A stretch of DNA of 64,000 bases from Azolla caroliniana (lineage: Eukaryota > Plantae > Polypodiophyta): the NCBI GenBank assembly GCA_043228905.1, contig JBHGNT010000002.1, positions 7,192,001-7,256,000 on the forward strand, given 5' to 3'. The notes below the pieces were generated by a model. The model saw only the letters and a list, made by a program, of their open reading frames with translations, did no database searches and had not been told where the DNA came from. Of the stretch, positions 61,163-64,000 are shown piece after piece (position 1 is the first letter of the stretch; each line of letters starts with the position of its first letter). The position numbers and the translations under genes were made by a program.

Positions 61163-64000
61163 TTGCCATATCATGACAGCCGGAGTGGAAGCTCCCCCTT
61201 CTTGTGAAGGTTCCTCGTTAGCTTCCGTTTTGAGGCTGAAATTGGGAGTTGTTATCGTAGGTCGGACCTCGTCCGCATTGTCCTTGGCCGAATCGGCCTC
61301 TCGACCGTTCGAGTGCATATAAAGCATGTGGCCTTCCGACTCATTGCTCCTTGTATGCATGTGTTTTTCTTCGACCAATAGCATTGATTGGAGCTCGAAG
61401 AAGGAGGGATATTTCTCCCATGCTAGAACGACATCGCGTCGAACCGTGGTGCGAGGCCGCCAAGGCATATTTGAACCATCTCATCATCATCGATATTTAT
61501 GCTTATTGAGCCAAGCGAAGCGCAAAGCTCCTCGATCTTCGACGTGTACGTCGTGATGGACATGTCCCTTTGTTGAATGTTGTTCAACTCTTGGCGGAGT
61601 TGAAGCCTTCTTGCGGTTGTGTTAGCCGCGAAAATCTTTCGTAGATTTTCCCATGCCTTCTTCAGTGTCTTGGCTTCGCGAATGTAGCCGAGCATGTGAT
61701 CGTGCACACATGTCGCCAAGCAATACATCACGCAGCTTGCGGCTTGTGGCTTGCTCCCATGTCGCGTATCCGGGAGCCGCTTTGGCGGGTCGGTCTTCAT
61801 GCGCTCCTTTGATGTAGCTCCAATAGCCTTGTCTGACAAGGTATTGGTGCATCTTGTACTCCCAAGATGCGAAGTTGTTTCAATCCAACTTCTTGGTAGG
61901 GACAACGCTCCCCATTTGAGTATTCATTATGTCGATTCTTCTTCTTCTTCTCTCTTCGAATGCAAGCTATGTAGCGAAGCTACGATAGCGATGAGCCGGT
62001 TCTTGGAGCACAACACACAATCACGATGAGGCGAATGGGCTAGATCGAGCGACCAAATCGCTCTAATACCATGTAAAGAATCAAGAGATGGATTCTTGTG
62101 AAGCGGAAGAGATATGAGTTATGTGTGTGTATGAGAGAGAGAGAGAGAGTGAGAGTGAGAGAGACGAGGAATAAGACACAGAGAATATGCAAGGTAAGAG
62201 TATATTAACAAAGGAGAAAGAATCCACTAAATACAAGGTGGGAGAAGGGTGCTTTATATAGTCACCCTCTCTCTTCATTAACTACAAGGCTCATGGAGCA
62301 TGGGGAATGTGAAAGCTCATAAGTTATGTGTCATAGAATATGATTCTATGACTCATACTAAATGCTAGAATACAAAGAGGTGACTTAATGGTGACTCTTG
62401 ACCGTTGGAGTGTCTATTCACTCTCAAGGTGAGTTCACACATTAGACCAAGTTGAGCTTGATTCTCAACATACCTCTTGGGCATCCTGTTTCCAATCTCA
62501 ACAACCAGGTATGGACTACCGACAATTCGAATATCATGATGGTTTGTTATTCTTTAAAAAGCTTGTATATGTCCCCGATTGCTCCTATCGCCTTCAAATC
62601 GTCCAAAATTGCCACGACACCCATACGGCGGGACATTTTGGTAGTACTAAGACATTGGATCTCGTTCAACGATCTTTTTGGTGGCCCCATATGCAACGTT
62701 TTGTCGACGACTACGTTCGGACTTGTGATGCTTGTTGCCGAGCAAAGATGCCCCGACACCATCCATATGGCTTGTTGGAACCCTTACCGATTCCAAGTAA
62801 GCAATGGAAGTCTATTTGTCTTGATTTTATCACAGATCTGCTCGTCTCGAAGGGGTTTGATGTTATCTTAACCGTCGTCGATCGATATACTAAGATGGCA
62901 CATTTTGTGCCGTGTACTAAGGCCATCACTAGCGAGGAAACTGCCACCCTTGTCATGCGTGAGGTATTTCAGCATCATGGCCTCCCAAATAGTATCATCA
63001 GTGACCGAGGACCTCAATTCGTCTCCAAATTTTGGTAGCATCTCTTCAAGATGCTCAAGGTCTCTTGCAACCTCTCCTCCGGCTACCATCCCCAGACCGA
63101 TGGGCAGGCGGAACGACCAAACCAAACGCTGGAACAATATCTCCAATGTTTTCTGAGTTATCAATAGGACGATTGGGCCGAGATTCTCCACTTTGCGGAT
63201 TTTTCATATAATAATGTTGTTCACTCCTAGACTCGGGTCTCCCCATTTTACGGTTATACCGGGTCTCATCCCCGCCGGTCGGTGATTGACACCTCGAAGC
63301 TACCTACCAATCCTCATGCCGAGGATCATTTGGAGAGGCTACGTAAGATCCAGATGGATCTCTCTACTCATCTTCGTCATGCTCAACACACACAGAAGAC
63401 TTATGCGGATCGTCATCAGCTTCCCTCCTCTTTTGCCATCGGATATCGAGTATGGCTTTTACGTCGTCACATCAAGACTACTCGACCGTGCGACAAGTTG
63501 GATTATCGACGACTCAGTCCCCTCCGTATTACTAGTAAGGTTAATGATGTCACGTTCTGCCTTGATCTCCCTCTACATCTTCAGATCCATCCGGTTTTCT
63601 ATAGCTCTCTTCTTGAACCTTATAAAGCAAACACTATTCCCGATTGTGTTACACCACCACCGCCCGCATTTGAGTTGGAAGCCGTCCCGGAGTTTGAAGT
63701 TGTTGCCATCCTCGATTCCAAACTTGTTCGCAACAAACTTTATTATTTGGTCGATTGGCTCGGTTATGGTCCGAGTGAACGTACTTGGGAACCCGTCGAG
63801 CATGTCGCCAATGCTCAAGATCTTCTTGTTGAGTTCCACCGAAAGTATCCGGACAAACCCAGTCCGTAATCAACGCCAACTCGTTCCACTCGTCGTCTTA
63901 AGGGTGAGATAGTATCATGATATGCCAAGACTCGAACCCATGACCTTATGTTATATGGGTCGAGCTCTTGACCATTATACCATCTATTGTAATACATAGG

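Larger units (their letters stand above)
55500..61178 (-). mobile_element. Intact young chromovirus element B (same family as A)
   Basis: LTRs 55500-55939 and 60741-61178 differ by only a few bases. Perfect TSD GCCGG. PPT AAGGGGGATAG. Uninterrupted gag and pol. Confidence 0.98.
39855..62470 (-). mobile_element. Ty1/Copia retrotransposon (~5.5 kb own sequence), decayed, carrying two nested insertions
   Basis: 399-bp LTRs 39855-40253 and 62072-62470. Perfect TSD TACCT. Met-type PBS TGGTATTAGAGC at 62060-62071 and PPT at 40254-40267. gag ~61184-61930 plus 55246-55499 (CGYCGKLGHHEEEC), PR WFVDFGASNHMT, INT, RT QMDVKNAFL/LYVDD, RH TKHIEVHYHFIRE. Confidence 0.96.
34543..64000 (+). mobile_element. 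Chromovirus (Ty3/Gypsy) element A, decayed, outermost host of the nested stack
   Basis: 5' LTR 34543-35010; the 3' LTR starts at 63913 and runs off the window. gag 35080-36261 has stops. pol pieces at 36258-38023, 39479-39854 and 62476-63870 (LLDSEA, YLDD, EADTSDFALG, integrase ISDRGPQF, chromodomain YLVDWLGY...TWEP). Confidence 0.95.

Noticed and set aside
61100-61178. Functional tRNA gene
   Set aside because: A/B boxes are present, but acceptor, anticodon and T stems do not pair well. Reported only as a promoter-like module.

Overview
Eukaryotic land-plant genomic DNA with spliced GT-AG genes. The retroelement types suggest a non-seed plant such as a fern or lycophyte (inference). Two intact host genes lie tail-to-tail: a 7-exon divergent cysteine synthase/O-acetylserine(thiol)lyase-family gene (+, 14706-18336, 328 aa) and a 4-exon GRF-interacting factor gene (-, 21561-24090, 227 aa). 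Most of the rest is retrotransposon. There are four L1-clade LINE copies, several solo LTRs, and a nested stack from 34543 to the window end. In the stack, a decayed chromovirus contains a solo LTR and a Copia; the Copia contains an intact young chromovirus of the same family and an Athila/Tat-like Gypsy, which in turn contains a gag-only non-autonomous element. The most notable signals: (1) the chromovirus family combines a tRNA-like A-box/B-box module in its LTR, a self-priming primer site and a -1 frameshift cassette; (2) a near-identical A/B-box module occurs in an unrelated solo LTR; (3) three TGTCGT...CGACA elements all have 4-bp GCG(G/T) target duplications; (4) LINEs recur in ACAT/TATG microsatellite tracts. 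All coordinates and counts were read by eye; no database searches were run.
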